Below are positions 37,733-48,312 of a stretch of 64,000 bases of DNA, piece by piece. This DNA is from a candidate division WOR-3 bacterium (GTDB lineage: Bacteria; Hydrothermota; Tepidihabitantia; Tepidihabitantales; Tepidihabitantaceae): NCBI GenBank assembly GCA_965649295.1, contig CBFGKH010000011.1, positions 1 to 64,000 on the forward strand, in the 5' to 3' direction. The notes under the pieces are model-generated. The model saw only the letters and a program-made list of their open reading frames with translations. It searched no databases and was not told the DNA's origin. Numbering within the stretch: the first letter of the stretch is position 1; each line of letters opens with the position of its first letter. The position numbers were made by a program, and so were the translations under genes.

Positions 37733-38872
37733 CTAGAAGCGCAGGAAAGCGCCGAGTCCGCCGTTGCGGGCGAGTTCTTCGCCGGGTGGGCCCTTGATTA
37801 CCTCGACGGGAACGTTGTAGTTCAGCACCAATCGGGGTAGGGCTGCGGTAAGCGCTGACTTGTTTAGTTCATCGGCGCTACAACGCGGACAGGTACGGCC
37901 GTCAGCCGGAGCGACGTAGTTGCACTTCCGGCATTCGCTCATGGTTCGCTCGAAGTCGCGGGCGATGAGCAGGCGAGCAGCCCGGCCTTCCTGAATCAGT
38001 TTGACTACTGGCTCAACACCGACTGCTGCTTTGTTGGAGATTGAGGCGGCGTCGAGCAGTTCAGTGACAATGCGGGCCTGGCGGTCGGTCTCCCATTCAA
38101 CAATCTTGGGGTAGATTCTCTTGACCGCGTCAGCCGGACTGGAGAAAGTCTCAAGCGGGACCTGCGTGACGACTGCTGCGGCCAGGCTTGGGTTGAGGGA
38201 CCGGGCAAACTCGGGCAGCAGCGACTTGTTGCCGGCAAGAACCAGCCGCTTGACATGGTAGCGGTCGAGGAGCTCGGCCAGTGGCTTCTGAATCGAACGC
38301 CAGAATGCCTGAAGCCGTTCCATGTAGCGAGCGTTGAAGGCGTTGGTGTCGGCCCGACCACGGGGTTTGCCTCGGCCGCTGCCACCGGCAGCGATAGTTG
38401 GCTTGCGCCAGTCGTTGGTGTCAATCTCGATGCTGAACTCGCGGTATTCCTCGAACTCGTTCATCCGGACCGCGAGGAAACGAACGTGCTGGCGGTCAAC
38501 GATGAGGACGCCATAGGGTCGGTATTCTTCGAGCAGCCAGAGTAGCTGGCTGACGTCAGGGCGGCCCCAGTGGAGTTCGTCACGCACCGGCACACGGGAG
38601 ACGAACTGCTGCCAGGAGTTGCGGGTAGCGTACGCCAGAAACGAGTTGCCCTGGGGCTGATATTGCTTCAGGAAGTTTTCAACTCGGGCAACCGCGGCGG
38701 TGAATGCGCGGCGGTCCTGGCTCGGCACGGTTGGGTCAATTCGCCGGACGAGGTTCTTGAACCGCGTCAGCCAGGCGCTCCGCTGGTCATTGGGGCCAGT
38801 GTTGAAATAGAGCGTCAGGCACTGCTTCTCTGGGCTCTGGGCGAGTTGACGTACAGTGTCAGGTGGGATCAT
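37733..38872 (-). CDS. Bacterial aeRF1/Pelota-superfamily (baeRF) protein with Zn ribbon
   Basis: 'CLTLYFNT', 'YGVLIVDR', 'LVLAG', 'AAVGVEPV', CxxC...CxxC, and an eRF1 C-domain ending 'GGLGAFLRF'. Confidence 0.82.
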   Translation of the reverse strand: MIPPDTVRQLAQSPEKQCLTLYFNTGPNDQRSAWLTRFKNLVRRIDPTVPSQDRRAFTAAVARVENFLKQYQPQGNSFLAYATRNSWQQFVSRVPVRDELHWGRPDVSQLLWLLEEYRPYGVLIVDRQHVRFLAVRMNEFEEYREFSIEIDTNDWRKPTIAAGGSGRGKPRGRADTNAFNARYMERLQAFWRSIQKPLAELLDRYHVKRLVLAGNKSLLPEFARSLNPSLAAAVVTQVPLETFSSPADAVKRIYPKIVEWETDRQARIVTELLDAASISNKAAVGVEPVVKLIQEGRAARLLIARDFERTMSECRKCNYVAPADGRTCPRCSADELNKSALTAALPRLVLNYNVPVEVIKGPPGEELARNGGLGAFLRF

Positions 38873-39024
38873 TGGTGCTCCTTGTGATTCAAGCAGCTTG
38901 TTGGGTTATGGTAGCAGGGGAGCGGCCAAAGTCAAATGCAGCCGGCCCGGATACTGGTTATGCGGCTGGGGTTGACAGCCCAAACGGGGATTCTAGAATC
39001 TGTCACAGCTTCGCGGCTCGGTCA

Positions 39025-40197
39025 ATGTTGTTCACACTTCTGATTGTTCTGCTGTGCATCGGGTTCGGCGTAGCAGAATACAGCCTGCATCGGCGACGGC
39101 TGATGGCCATACCGGTGCGCATCCAGGTTAACGGTACTCGGGGAAAGTCTTCAGTAACGCGCTTGATAGCTGCCGGTTTGCGGGCAAGTGGCCGACGGGT
39201 CGTCGCCAAAGTGACGGGCACTAAGCCGCGGTTCATTATTAGCGATACCGAAGAGCATCCGGTGCGGCGGCTGGGCAAGGCGAACATCAGCGAGGAGATG
39301 CGAATCGTGCGGCTGGCTTGGGAGCGACGAGCCGAGGCACTGGTGATTGAGTGTATGGCCTTGGTGCCGCATTATCAGGAACTGGAACGGCGCATGCTCA
39401 TCCGGCCAACCCACGGTGTCATCACTAATGTGCGGGCTGACCATCTCGATGTGATGGGGCCGACCGTGACTGATGTCGGCAAGGCGTTGGCTAACACGAT
39501 CCCTGACAAAGGAATGTTTTTCACTGCCGAGCGCGGGCCGCTACAGGCTGTGTTGCGGGAGCGGGTGCCGGCCGGTACCAAGATGATTGTCAGTGACCCG
39601 GCCACGGTGAGCGATGAGGAGATGCAGGGCTTTTCCTACATTGAACATAAGGAGAATGTTGCGTTAGCCCTGGCTGTTTGTGAGAGTTTCGGTATTGACC
39701 GGGCAACGGCTTTGGCTGGAATGAAGCGAACTCGACCCGACTCGGGAGTTATGCGCATCATCCGGGTAGAGGACCGCGGCAAGGTGATTGAGCTCGTGAA
39801 TACTTTGGCAGCCAACGACCCGGATTCGATCCGGATGCTCTGGCAGATGATGGTTAGTCGGGCGAGCGATCGGATAGTACTGGTGAACTGTCGGCGTGAT
39901 CGCCTGGACCGGTCGCGGCAACTGGCCGAACTGGTTGCGGGCTGGGACTGTCGGGTAATCGTGGCGACCGGCGGACTGCCGAGGGTGTTTATCCAGCGCG
40001 GTCGCGAGTTGGGCATTCCGGCAGCCAAGCTCGTTGACCTTGGTGATGAGCGGCCGCCAGCCGAAGTTTATGAGCGGGTTCACGAACTAGCCGGCAATCA
40101 GACCATGGTCTTTGCTACTGGTAACACAGTTGGGTATGGTGACAGCCTGATCGCTTTTTTCGAACAGCGTTCGCAAACAGGGAGTACTAACCGGTGA
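39025..40197 (+). CDS. pgsB: Poly-gamma-glutamate synthase PgsB/CapB
   Basis: 'RIQVNGTRGKSSVTRLIAAGL', 'ECMAL', 'ITNVRADHLDVMG', 'AANDPDS'; TTGACA-16-TAGAAT promoter at 38972-38999. Confidence 0.92.
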   Translation: MLFTLLIVLLCIGFGVAEYSLHRRRLMAIPVRIQVNGTRGKSSVTRLIAAGLRASGRRVVAKVTGTKPRFIISDTEEHPVRRLGKANISEEMRIVRLAWERRAEALVIECMALVPHYQELERRMLIRPTHGVITNVRADHLDVMGPTVTDVGKALANTIPDKGMFFTAERGPLQAVLRERVPAGTKMIVSDPATVSDEEMQGFSYIEHKENVALALAVCESFGIDRATALAGMKRTRPDSGVMRIIRVEDRGKVIELVNTLAANDPDSIRMLWQMMVSRASDRIVLVNCRRDRLDRSRQLAELVAGWDCRVIVATGGLPRVFIQRGRELGIPAAKLVDLGDERPPAEVYERVHELAGNQTMVFATGNTVGYGDSLIAFFEQRSQTGSTNR

Positions 40198-40637
40198 TTG
40201 TTGAAGCGATTGGTCTAGGAATGGTTGCGTCTTTTGCTCTCACTGAGACGGTCGGCCTGGCGGCTGGTGGTATCGTTGTGCCCGGGTACTTTGCCTTGAC
40301 CCTGACCGAACCGGTGCGAGTGGTGGTGACTCTGCTGGTTGCGCTTGGAGTACTGGTTGTTCTGAAGATATTGGACCGTTATACTTTACTCTTTGGACGC
40401 CGTTTGCTGCTTATCAGCGTGCTCGTCGGTTACCTGCTTGGCTACGCTACTAAAACGGTCCAACCGGTGAGCTTCAACGGGGCTCATTTCGAGCTGAGTG
40501 TTATCGGTTATGCAATTCCTGGGCTGGTAGCCTACTGGATGCATCGGCAGGGAGTTATTGAGACCGTGGCGACGATGTTCATCGCTGCGGTGCTAACGCG
40601 GCTGGTGATAACCGTGATTTCGGGCGGAGCGTTCTGA
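40194..40637 (+). CDS. pgsC: Poly-gamma-glutamate biosynthesis protein PgsC/CapC
   Basis: 'GLAAGGIVVPGYFAL', 'LFGRR', 'IGYAIPGLVAYW'. Confidence 0.92.
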   Translation: MIVEAIGLGMVASFALTETVGLAAGGIVVPGYFALTLTEPVRVVVTLLVALGVLVVLKILDRYTLLFGRRLLLISVLVGYLLGYATKTVQPVSFNGAHFELSVIGYAIPGLVAYWMHRQGVIETVATMFIAAVLTRLVITVISGGAF

Positions 40638-41731
40638 TGCGACGCCGGCAGGGACGGGTTAATCGCTGGGTGCTGGTAGGACTAGCCTTGATAGCACTCG
40701 CTTCTTTCTACGTTGTCACCCGAACCACGCGGACGATTCGCAGCCGAGGTTTTGAGGCCAAACAGACAGCGGCGCGACTGGCAGCTCAGGCGCTGAAGGC
40801 AGTCGGTCAGTATCGGCAGCAACTCGGTGTGCCGGTTGATAGCGTCAACGATCCGAACGGGACCGGTCTCATTGGTCTGCAGTTCAGCCAGCTAACTTAC
40901 GGGCGCAGCGACTTGAGTGCGGCTTTGACTACGACTAACCCGAACGTTGCCGCAGCCTTGGTGGAGATGCTGTTGCGGGCTGGGGCAAGGGCTGGGGACA
41001 CGGTCGGCGTAAGCTGGGACGGAACCTATCCGGCGCTGAACATTGAGTTTTTGGCAGCCTGCCAAGCCCTGCGACTAGTGCCAGTGATTGTGACCGCGCA
41101 AAGCGCGGGGATGTGGGGAGCCAACTACCCCGGGCTTTCATGGCTTGATATCGAGCGACTGCTGGTGCGTCAGGGTATTTGGAACTATCGTAGTCAACTG
41201 GCCACGCTTGGCGGTGAGGATGACAATGGTCGCGGACTTTCACCTGAAGGTAGAGACTTGCTGGCAATTGCCGCTGAGTCGGCAGGTGTGCGGTTGGTTG
41301 AACCGGAGTCGCTGGCCGATGGCGTGGCCTTGCGAACCGCTGTCTATTGCCGACCGCGGGTTTTTGTTTCGCTCGGCCGGGCGGTTGTTGATATCGGCGA
41401 TCCGCTGGCCAGGGTACCATCGGGACTGATCAGCGGTCGGCTGCGGCGCGACCGATATCAGGGCTTGATTGGCCGAATGCGGCAGCAGAACGTGCCGGTT
41501 ATTCACATCGCCAACCCCAATCGGATTGCTCTTGACTACCGGCTGCCGATAGCGCCGGTGCCGTTGCCAGAGCCGGGGCGAGGCCGGTTGTTCTTTGAGC
41601 GTCGCTATTCAGTGCCACTGGCCGCGGCTTTTGCTCTGCTATTGGCGGTGTTGCTCTTTCTGGTTGTGCGCTACGACATTGAATCATATTTCGGCGTGAA
41701 GCGCGAGCCGACAGAGAAGGAGGCAGTTTGA
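40637..41731 (+). CDS. pgsW: Poly-gamma-glutamate system protein (PgsW-like)
   Basis: 'DPNGTGLIG', 'TTTNPN', 'GTYPALN', 'WGAN', and a C-terminal TM helix; directly follows pgsBC. Confidence 0.82.
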   Translation: MRRRQGRVNRWVLVGLALIALASFYVVTRTTRTIRSRGFEAKQTAARLAAQALKAVGQYRQQLGVPVDSVNDPNGTGLIGLQFSQLTYGRSDLSAALTTTNPNVAAALVEMLLRAGARAGDTVGVSWDGTYPALNIEFLAACQALRLVPVIVTAQSAGMWGANYPGLSWLDIERLLVRQGIWNYRSQLATLGGEDDNGRGLSPEGRDLLAIAAESAGVRLVEPESLADGVALRTAVYCRPRVFVSLGRAVVDIGDPLARVPSGLISGRLRRDRYQGLIGRMRQQNVPVIHIANPNRIALDYRLPIAPVPLPEPGRGRLFFERRYSVPLAAAFALLLAVLLFLVVRYDIESYFGVKREPTEKEAV

Positions 41732-42660
41732 GAATAGTGCGAGGAGAGAGGTGTGGAGTGCAGTGTGGTCGTTGTCTCGCAATCATCGACGGCAAAAAGC
41801 TTTGGGGTAGCTGTCTAGTTGTCCTGGTGCTAATGGTGAGTGGTGCAATAGCTCTGCCGGTGCAGGTGGCAGGTGATGCTAGGACTGTCAATATCAGCAT
41901 CGTTCGGCGGGTCGAGGTGCCATACTACGTCATAACCAAGGCTCGGCCACTTGAGTTTGAAGCTACTGGACCAGCCTGGCTGCGAATCTACACTCGGGCG
42001 TGGTGGCCGCAGGGCAAGACCGGCGATATTCACATCAAGCTGGCGTTGTGGCAGGACGATGTTGAGCGACCGATCCAGTTTGATATGCCAGCCTCAAGTT
42101 CGAGCTTTGGCCCGGGTCGGCGGCCGCTCAGTGCCTGGCGTTCGTTCTTTATCCAAGTTCCGGCCGGCGCGAATCGGTATCGGTTGGCACTCGAAGAAGG
42201 GCCAACCGATACGGTTGGCGTGAGGATTGTCGAGCAGCAGCCCAGGGCCTGGGAAGAAGTGCCAATCAGCGATGGCCAGGCTTTGACCCTGATAGAAGGA
42301 GCTGATACGAGCCGTTTCTTTGCGATTGCCAAAGGCATACCGCAGCCAGTCGCGATTGACGGACCCTGCCGGGTACGAGTGCGGGTCCGACTTGGATTTG
42401 AGCCAAGCATGGACGGAGCGCAGAGCTTTGTGCTGACGGTGTCGCAGCGTGGACGTCAGTTGGCGCGACGCAGTTTCCGGACGACACGGTCATTGGCAGC
42501 GGCGTTTCGTGAGCGGCCAGGAGTTGTGCCAGCGGTGGAGCGTACCTTGCAGTTCAATCTGTCCGAGGGTAGGCAGCAGCTTGAGCTGCTGCTTTCCGGT
42601 ACGCTCGCACGCACCGCCGGCGTCCGAGTTGAGCGGTTGACTGGTGAAAAGTATGAGTAG
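41728..42660 (+). CDS. Hypothetical exported beta-rich protein (two related halves)
   Basis: Hydrophobic signal-like segment; repeated 'GPAWLRIYTR' / 'GPCRVRVRVR'. The true start may be downstream. Confidence 0.6.
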   Translation: MRIVRGERCGVQCGRCLAIIDGKKLWGSCLVVLVLMVSGAIALPVQVAGDARTVNISIVRRVEVPYYVITKARPLEFEATGPAWLRIYTRAWWPQGKTGDIHIKLALWQDDVERPIQFDMPASSSSFGPGRRPLSAWRSFFIQVPAGANRYRLALEEGPTDTVGVRIVEQQPRAWEEVPISDGQALTLIEGADTSRFFAIAKGIPQPVAIDGPCRVRVRVRLGFEPSMDGAQSFVLTVSQRGRQLARRSFRTTRSLAAAFRERPGVVPAVERTLQFNLSEGRQQLELLLSGTLARTAGVRVERLTGEKYE

Positions 42661-42663
42661 CCG

Positions 42664-43704
42664 ATGAACTGGACCATAGCCACCAGCGATCGCGTCGGTA
42701 ATGCTGTCGTTCTAACGTGGCTAGTAGTGGCTGTCCTCTTTTCGGCTACGCCGGCAGTCGAGCTATCGTGGCAGGCGCAGCTCGGCGCAACCTACGATGA
42801 CAACCTTTTCTGCTACTCAGCCACTGATATTGATCGGTTTGAGCGGCGGGTTGCGCCAGAGCAATTCCCGATTCAGACTATTGACGACGTTGACCTGAAT
42901 ACGGTCTTCGTACTCACGGCCCGCTACCGTCTTCAGTCGCGCGCCGGTTCGGTTCGGGTCAGAACCACCGTTCATCACTACGTGGCGAACACGCCGAAGA
43001 GTTATTCGCTCGGCGAGGTTGGTGTTAGGCAGGAGTTCTGGCGCGACGGTGTGGTGAATCTGGAGTATCGCTATCTGCCCAACTACTTGCTGCGCTTCTA
43101 TCGGCGACGGGACGGCATGGCGAGTGACTATGCAGCCTGCCGTTTTGCCGAGCACCTTGCTCGGATTCGTTTGCGGCAGCGGTTGGGTCGGTTTGCCGTT
43201 GTTCCGTCATACGGGTTCGAGATTGATGATTACGTGGCAGTTTTCGATTACTACGATACGAGAGCACACCGACCGGCATTGGGTCTGGAGTGGGAGGTGT
43301 CCTGGGGAGTTGTCTTTTCGGCTGGTTATGAGCTGAAGTTGGCTCGGGCAGCAGGGCCGATTCCAGATATCTCCTATCGGCAGCACGAGGGTCGGCTAGA
43401 GCTTGAGTATCGGCCCTGGCAGCTCCGACGGTTGAGCGTGGCGACCGAGTTTACGCTGGCCAAGCGTCAATTCACGACGAAAGAGGTTGCGATAGACCCG
43501 GCGCACGCCGGTCGAACCGACCTGATTGGTGGCGTTGGCGTAGAAGTAAGGTATCGAATCGGACAGGCAGCAGTTGTTGCTGCTTATCAATATGAGAATC
43601 GCTCGACCGACTCACCTAACAAAGCAACGGTTGAAGAGATCAAGCAGTATGCGGCCAACCGTTTCAGTCTAGGCGTAGTGGTTGAGTCGCGAAAGGTGAA
43701 CTAG
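42664..43704 (+). CDS. Putative outer-membrane beta-barrel protein
   Basis: Signal peptide, 'QLGATYDDNLF', and many amphipathic strands rich in aromatic residues. Confidence 0.6.
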   Translation: MNWTIATSDRVGNAVVLTWLVVAVLFSATPAVELSWQAQLGATYDDNLFCYSATDIDRFERRVAPEQFPIQTIDDVDLNTVFVLTARYRLQSRAGSVRVRTTVHHYVANTPKSYSLGEVGVRQEFWRDGVVNLEYRYLPNYLLRFYRRRDGMASDYAACRFAEHLARIRLRQRLGRFAVVPSYGFEIDDYVAVFDYYDTRAHRPALGLEWEVSWGVVFSAGYELKLARAAGPIPDISYRQHEGRLELEYRPWQLRRLSVATEFTLAKRQFTTKEVAIDPAHAGRTDLIGGVGVEVRYRIGQAAVVAAYQYENRSTDSPNKATVEEIKQYAANRFSLGVVVESRKVN

Positions 43705-43707
43705 AAT

Positions 43708-44925
43708 ATGAGGCGTCGCTTGGTCTGGTTTGTGGTGCTCGCTGTGGTTTTGAGATGCCATCGGCCCTTGCCGTTGCCAGCGAATGTTGAACTGGTAGCG
43801 CCAGCAGATGGAGCGGTAGTGCGGCGGACAATGCTTCTGCTCCAGTGGCGGACAACAGAGCCGCAATCGCAGGTCCAGGTGAGTACGAGCAGCCGTTTCA
43901 CGACCATGCTGTTCGATACTTTGGTCACTGACGAGTCGGTGCAGGTCAGACTTCCGACTGACGGCAGCTACTTCTGGCGGGTGCGGCCCGTGTCGGCTGA
44001 CAGCGTTAGGGGGGAGTGGTCGGACGCGCGGAGCCTGCGGCTGGAGCGCTTTCGAATTCTTACTAGTGTACGAACTCAGGGTTATCCGCACGATGTGGCG
44101 GTTGTCGGCAATCGGGCGTATGTCGCCGACGGCGAGGCCGGGCTGGCAGTTTTTGATGTCAGCAACCCGGAGCTGCCAGTGTTGCTGGGAAGTAAGCTTG
44201 ATTCGTTGAACGTGGCTTGGGGAGTGGCTGCCCGCGATAGTCTTGCCTATATTGCCTATGGCTACAAGGAGTTGATGATTGTCAATGCCGCTCGACCTGA
44301 GAGCATGGTGACGCTCGGAGTGCTCGAGTATCCGCAGCCCGGAACCGGCTATGACGTTGCCCTGGCTGATTCATTTGCTTTTGTCGCAGCCGGTGCCCAG
44401 TTCCTCAAGGTTGGCATCAGTGATCCGCGTTACCCCAATCTTGTGTATCAAGGATACTACCCACGCGACTGCTACGGTGTGAGCATAGTTGGCCCAGTTG
44501 CTTGCGTTGCGCTTGGTCAGCTGGGAATGGCCTGCTGGCGTATTGATACTGTTCCACCGATGCAAGTTGGCTGGCTCGATACTCAGGGCAAGGCACGGGC
44601 GATCGCGGCAGCCGGCCGATTTGCCTTTGTCGCAGATGGGCTGAACGGCTTGGTAGTTGTTGATATCTCGAATCCGACGCAACCAAGCTTTGTTGCCAAG
44701 TTGGCGCTCAAAGGCTATGCCAATGGGGTAGCGGTTCAGGATACACTTGTCTATGTTACTTGTGGAGCCGGGGGCATTGCTGTGGTCAATATTGCTGACC
44801 GAGCAAGGCCGCAGCTCGTCACCCAGTTGCCAGGCGGCTACGCAATGGGCGTCTGTCCCGCTGGTCAGTACGTTTTTGCGGGCGACCGTGACTTTGGTCT
44901 GGTCGTTCTCAAGCAGGAGGAATAG
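43708..44925 (+). CDS. LVIVD-repeat beta-propeller protein with N-terminal Fn3-like domain
   Basis: Repeats 'AYVADGEAGLAVFDVSNPELP' and 'AFVADGLNGLVVVDISNPTQP'. Confidence 0.85.
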   Translation: MRRRLVWFVVLAVVLRCHRPLPLPANVELVAPADGAVVRRTMLLLQWRTTEPQSQVQVSTSSRFTTMLFDTLVTDESVQVRLPTDGSYFWRVRPVSADSVRGEWSDARSLRLERFRILTSVRTQGYPHDVAVVGNRAYVADGEAGLAVFDVSNPELPVLLGSKLDSLNVAWGVAARDSLAYIAYGYKELMIVNAARPESMVTLGVLEYPQPGTGYDVALADSFAFVAAGAQFLKVGISDPRYPNLVYQGYYPRDCYGVSIVGPVACVALGQLGMACWRIDTVPPMQVGWLDTQGKARAIAAAGRFAFVADGLNGLVVVDISNPTQPSFVAKLALKGYANGVAVQDTLVYVTCGAGGIAVVNIADRARPQLVTQLPGGYAMGVCPAGQYVFAGDRDFGLVVLKQEE

Positions 44926-47900
44926 TTGCGTTTTCTGCTCATTGTACTTGCCGGATTTGCCGTAGCCCACGCTGGGGTTAGCATAGCCTCAGGCCCGCGT
45001 CAACTCGAGCTTACCTACGACTTCGCGGTTGAGGATGAGTCGGTGACTGCATTGGCCCAGCTTGTGCCCGTTTGCCAAGGGCAGCTGCCTCTGGTGTTAG
45101 CGAGCGATGGTGCGCCTGAGTTCGGTTCGATCGTTAGAGCAGCTGGACTGGAGCTTGTGCCGCTTGTCGTAAAGAGAGAACAGACGGACCGCAGCCAGAT
45201 GGTTGTCAAGCTGAACTATCCGACCGGGCTAGAGCCGCCGGCACGGCTGAATGCTATGGGACGTTTCATGGCTAGACGCTGCGGTTTGCCGACGACTGGC
45301 CATGCCGATGCTGATGTTTATCTGATTGTTGTACCGGATGAGTTCTATAGTAATGTTCTGCCACTGGCAGCCTGGAAAGAGCGGATGGGATATCGGGTGC
45401 TGGTACGACGGACCTCGCAGATTGGCGGCACGCGTGATCAGATTCGTGCTTACATCCAGCGACTCTATCAGCAGCCTGATTCGATGCCCAGCTTCGTCTT
45501 GTTGGTGGGTGCGGTCAACAAGATACCGGCCTTTGTCAATGTCGGGACACCCTGTGTTACTGACCATCCGTATGCCTGCGTTGACGGCAACGACTTTCTG
45601 GCTGACCTTTTTGTTGGTCGGTTTCCGGCAGCCAATGCTTCGGAGCTGGATGTGATGGTTGCGAAGACGGTTGGGTACGAGTCATCGCCGCTGCTGACCG
45701 ATACTTCGTGGTATCGGCGGGCATTGATGGTCGGGACATCCTATCAGGAAGGCGGCACACCGGCGGTGACTGCACTGGTGACCAAACGGCTGATTCGCGA
45801 GCGCATGCTCGGCCACGGATTTGTCCAGATAGACACGGTTTTCTATCCGCCAACAGCTGGCGGCCGGGGAACAGTTGACACAGCCGTGAACCGTGGCGTG
45901 CTTTTTGTTAACGGTCGGGGCTGGGGTAACTACGAGGGCTGGCGTTATCCTTCGTTTCTCATTAGCGATGTTGCCGCGTTGCGCAATGGTTGGAAGTTGC
46001 CGGTGGTTACGAGCATCTACTGTGGTACGGGCAACTATCAGGCCAACCCGTGTTTCGGCGAGATGTGGTTGCGAGCCGGGGTGCCGACTGATCCGCGAGG
46101 CGGAGTCGCTTTTTGGGGCAGTTCATACACCGGGACATCCACCCGTTGGAACAACAGTATGGACTACGGGATCTACGAGGAAATCTTCAACCGGGGCGAG
46201 CACGGGTGTGGGGCAGCAATGTACGCTGGCAAGCTGACACAGTATGAGAATTTCCCACTGCCTGAGGACTCAGTTGAGCTGCGCAATTACTTCCATGTCT
46301 ATAATCTGCTCGGTGACCCGGCGTTGCGGATGTGGACCGGCGTACCGCGGCCCCTTGCGGTCAGTTACAATTCGTGGGTGCACGAGGGGTCAAGCTTGTT
46401 TGAGGTGACGGTGCGTGACAATCATGGTCAGCCGGTGCCGAACGCCCTTGTCTGTCTTTCGCGTACCCCAGAGGTCCACGCGGTCACTGTTACAGACAAC
46501 TGGGGTACAGCTCGGTTTCGCCTGGCGCCGACGGGGCCGGGCGCAATCCTTGTTACTGTGACTGGCGACAACTTGGCAACTCACCTCGGGCAGATTGTTG
46601 TGGGACAGTCTGAGATATTCGTTGGCTACAATACGCACCAGCCGACAGCAGTTGGGCCTGGCCAGAATGTTGTTCTTGATGTGACCGTCCGTAATTTCGG
46701 TGTGAGCCAGACTGCGACCGGTGTTTCGGCAGTGTTACGCTCTGCAAGCAGTGCGGCGATTGTGACTGACTCGGTATGTGCACTTGGCGACATCGGACCA
46801 GGAGCCGTCAGTACGGCAAGCTTTGGGGTTCGGACAGTACCGTCATGTGTTGGCGGACAGCGCCTGCCGATGGTGTTGGTGACAAGGTCTGCTCAGGGAG
46901 AGTGGTATTCAGGATTTGACCTGGTGGTTGACGGGCCGATGCTCGAGTACCGACGCTATGCGGTGCACGACGCGAATGGCTGGCTTGACCCGGGTGAGGC
47001 AGCTGAACTGTCGGTTGTGGTACGTAATCACGGCAGCGCTGCTGCTGGGCTTGTTGCAGTCCTGAGATCGCTCAATCCTCAGGCAGTCACAGTGCTTGAC
47101 TCATTCGGCACTTTCGGTGACCTGGCCCCAGGCGAATCGGCGTCGAACGGGACCGATCGATTTCGTGTCCAAGCGGCTGCTGGGATTGGTGTTGGTCGGC
47201 AGTTTTCATTACGGCTCGTGCTGCGATGCACGGGCGGGTTCGAGCAGTACTGGGACTTCGTTCTGACCGTGGGGCAGCCAGTGACGAGTGCACCGCTTGG
47301 GCCGGATCGGCATGGCTACTATGCCTACGACGACACCGACGTAGGTTATCCGGAACGGCCGAGTTACGACTGGGTTGAGATTGACCCGAACTTCGGTGGC
47401 AGTGGCAGCAGACTGAGCGTTGGCAACGATACCTGTGTTCCGGTCAGCTTGCCATTTGTGTTTCGTTTCTATGGCCGCGATTACAGCGTCGTATCAGTGA
47501 GCGATAATGGGTTCATCGCGCCTGGCACGCAGTGGATAGGCGATATTTACAACTGGCGCATTCCATCGCCTTCTGGCACAGATGGTGTGATTGCGCCGTT
47601 CTGGGATGATTTCCGAACGGACACGCTAGGTGCGTCCGGTGTCTACACCTGGCACGATGTCGCGAATCATCGGTTCATCATCGAATGGAGCCGGTGCGTT
47701 CACGTGCATGGTTACCGACCGCCCTATCTGGGTGAACAGCAGACATTCCAACTGCACCTCTGTGACCCAGCGTTCCACGCGACACCGACTGGTGACGGTC
47801 CGATTCTTTTTCAATACCATACGGTGTTCAATGACGACACTCTGTTCGAGAACAATCACAACTTCGCGACGGTCGGCATCGAGTCGCCGGACAATGCTTT

Positions 47901-48297
47901 TGGCCTAGAGTACACCTATGCCAATTCCTACCCGGCTGCGGCAGCGCCGGTTGTCGCGGGACGGGCGATTCGTCTCACAACAGTGGCACCGGACACATTT
48001 GTGGCGATTCATGAGACCAATCCAGTCCGACGAAGTGAGGCATTGCAAGTTCGGCCGCAACCAGCACGCAAGCGAGTGAAGATTGTGCTGCCTTATGTTC
48101 ATGGGGAGATACTGGCGGTGTTTGATATTGGCGGCCGGCTAGTACGGCGAATTCGATTGGAGAGGGACGCCGGTGTTGCCGAGTGGGACTTGCGTGATAA
48201 CGTCGGGCAGCGAGTTCCGGCCGGTATCTACAATGTGGCTTTGACTTCTGTTGCTGGGCGGGGTACGATTTCTTGTCTCATTCGAGTACTTGACTAG
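44926..48297 (+). CDS. C25 (gingipain-like) peptidase-family protein with secretion tail
   Basis: 'LAAWKERMGY', 'FVLLVG', 'VGRFPA', 'SIYCGTG', 'YNLLGDP', 'IAPFWDD'; tail 'VFDIGGRLVR...WDLRDNVG'. Confidence 0.85.
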   Translation: MRFLLIVLAGFAVAHAGVSIASGPRQLELTYDFAVEDESVTALAQLVPVCQGQLPLVLASDGAPEFGSIVRAAGLELVPLVVKREQTDRSQMVVKLNYPTGLEPPARLNAMGRFMARRCGLPTTGHADADVYLIVVPDEFYSNVLPLAAWKERMGYRVLVRRTSQIGGTRDQIRAYIQRLYQQPDSMPSFVLLVGAVNKIPAFVNVGTPCVTDHPYACVDGNDFLADLFVGRFPAANASELDVMVAKTVGYESSPLLTDTSWYRRALMVGTSYQEGGTPAVTALVTKRLIRERMLGHGFVQIDTVFYPPTAGGRGTVDTAVNRGVLFVNGRGWGNYEGWRYPSFLISDVAALRNGWKLPVVTSIYCGTGNYQANPCFGEMWLRAGVPTDPRGGVAFWGSSYTGTSTRWNNSMDYGIYEEIFNRGEHGCGAAMYAGKLTQYENFPLPEDSVELRNYFHVYNLLGDPALRMWTGVPRPLAVSYNSWVHEGSSLFEVTVRDNHGQPVPNALVCLSRTPEVHAVTVTDNWGTARFRLAPTGPGAILVTVTGDNLATHLGQIVVGQSEIFVGYNTHQPTAVGPGQNVVLDVTVRNFGVSQTATGVSAVLRSASSAAIVTDSVCALGDIGPGAVSTASFGVRTVPSCVGGQRLPMVLVTRSAQGEWYSGFDLVVDGPMLEYRRYAVHDANGWLDPGEAAELSVVVRNHGSAAAGLVAVLRSLNPQAVTVLDSFGTFGDLAPGESASNGTDRFRVQAAAGIGVGRQFSLRLVLRCTGGFEQYWDFVLTVGQPVTSAPLGPDRHGYYAYDDTDVGYPERPSYDWVEIDPNFGGSGSRLSVGNDTCVPVSLPFVFRFYGRDYSVVSVSDNGFIAPGTQWIGDIYNWRIPSPSGTDGVIAPFWDDFRTDTLGASGVYTWHDVANHRFIIEWSRCVHVHGYRPPYLGEQQTFQLHLCDPAFHATPTGDGPILFQYHTVFNDDTLFENNHNFATVGIESPDNAFGLEYTYANSYPAAAAPVVAGRAIRLTTVAPDTFVAIHETNPVRRSEALQVRPQPARKRVKIVLPYVHGEILAVFDIGGRLVRRIRLERDAGVAEWDLRDNVGQRVPAGIYNVALTSVAGRGTISCLIRVLD

Positions 48298-48312
48298 CTG
48301 TAAGGAGAAAGC

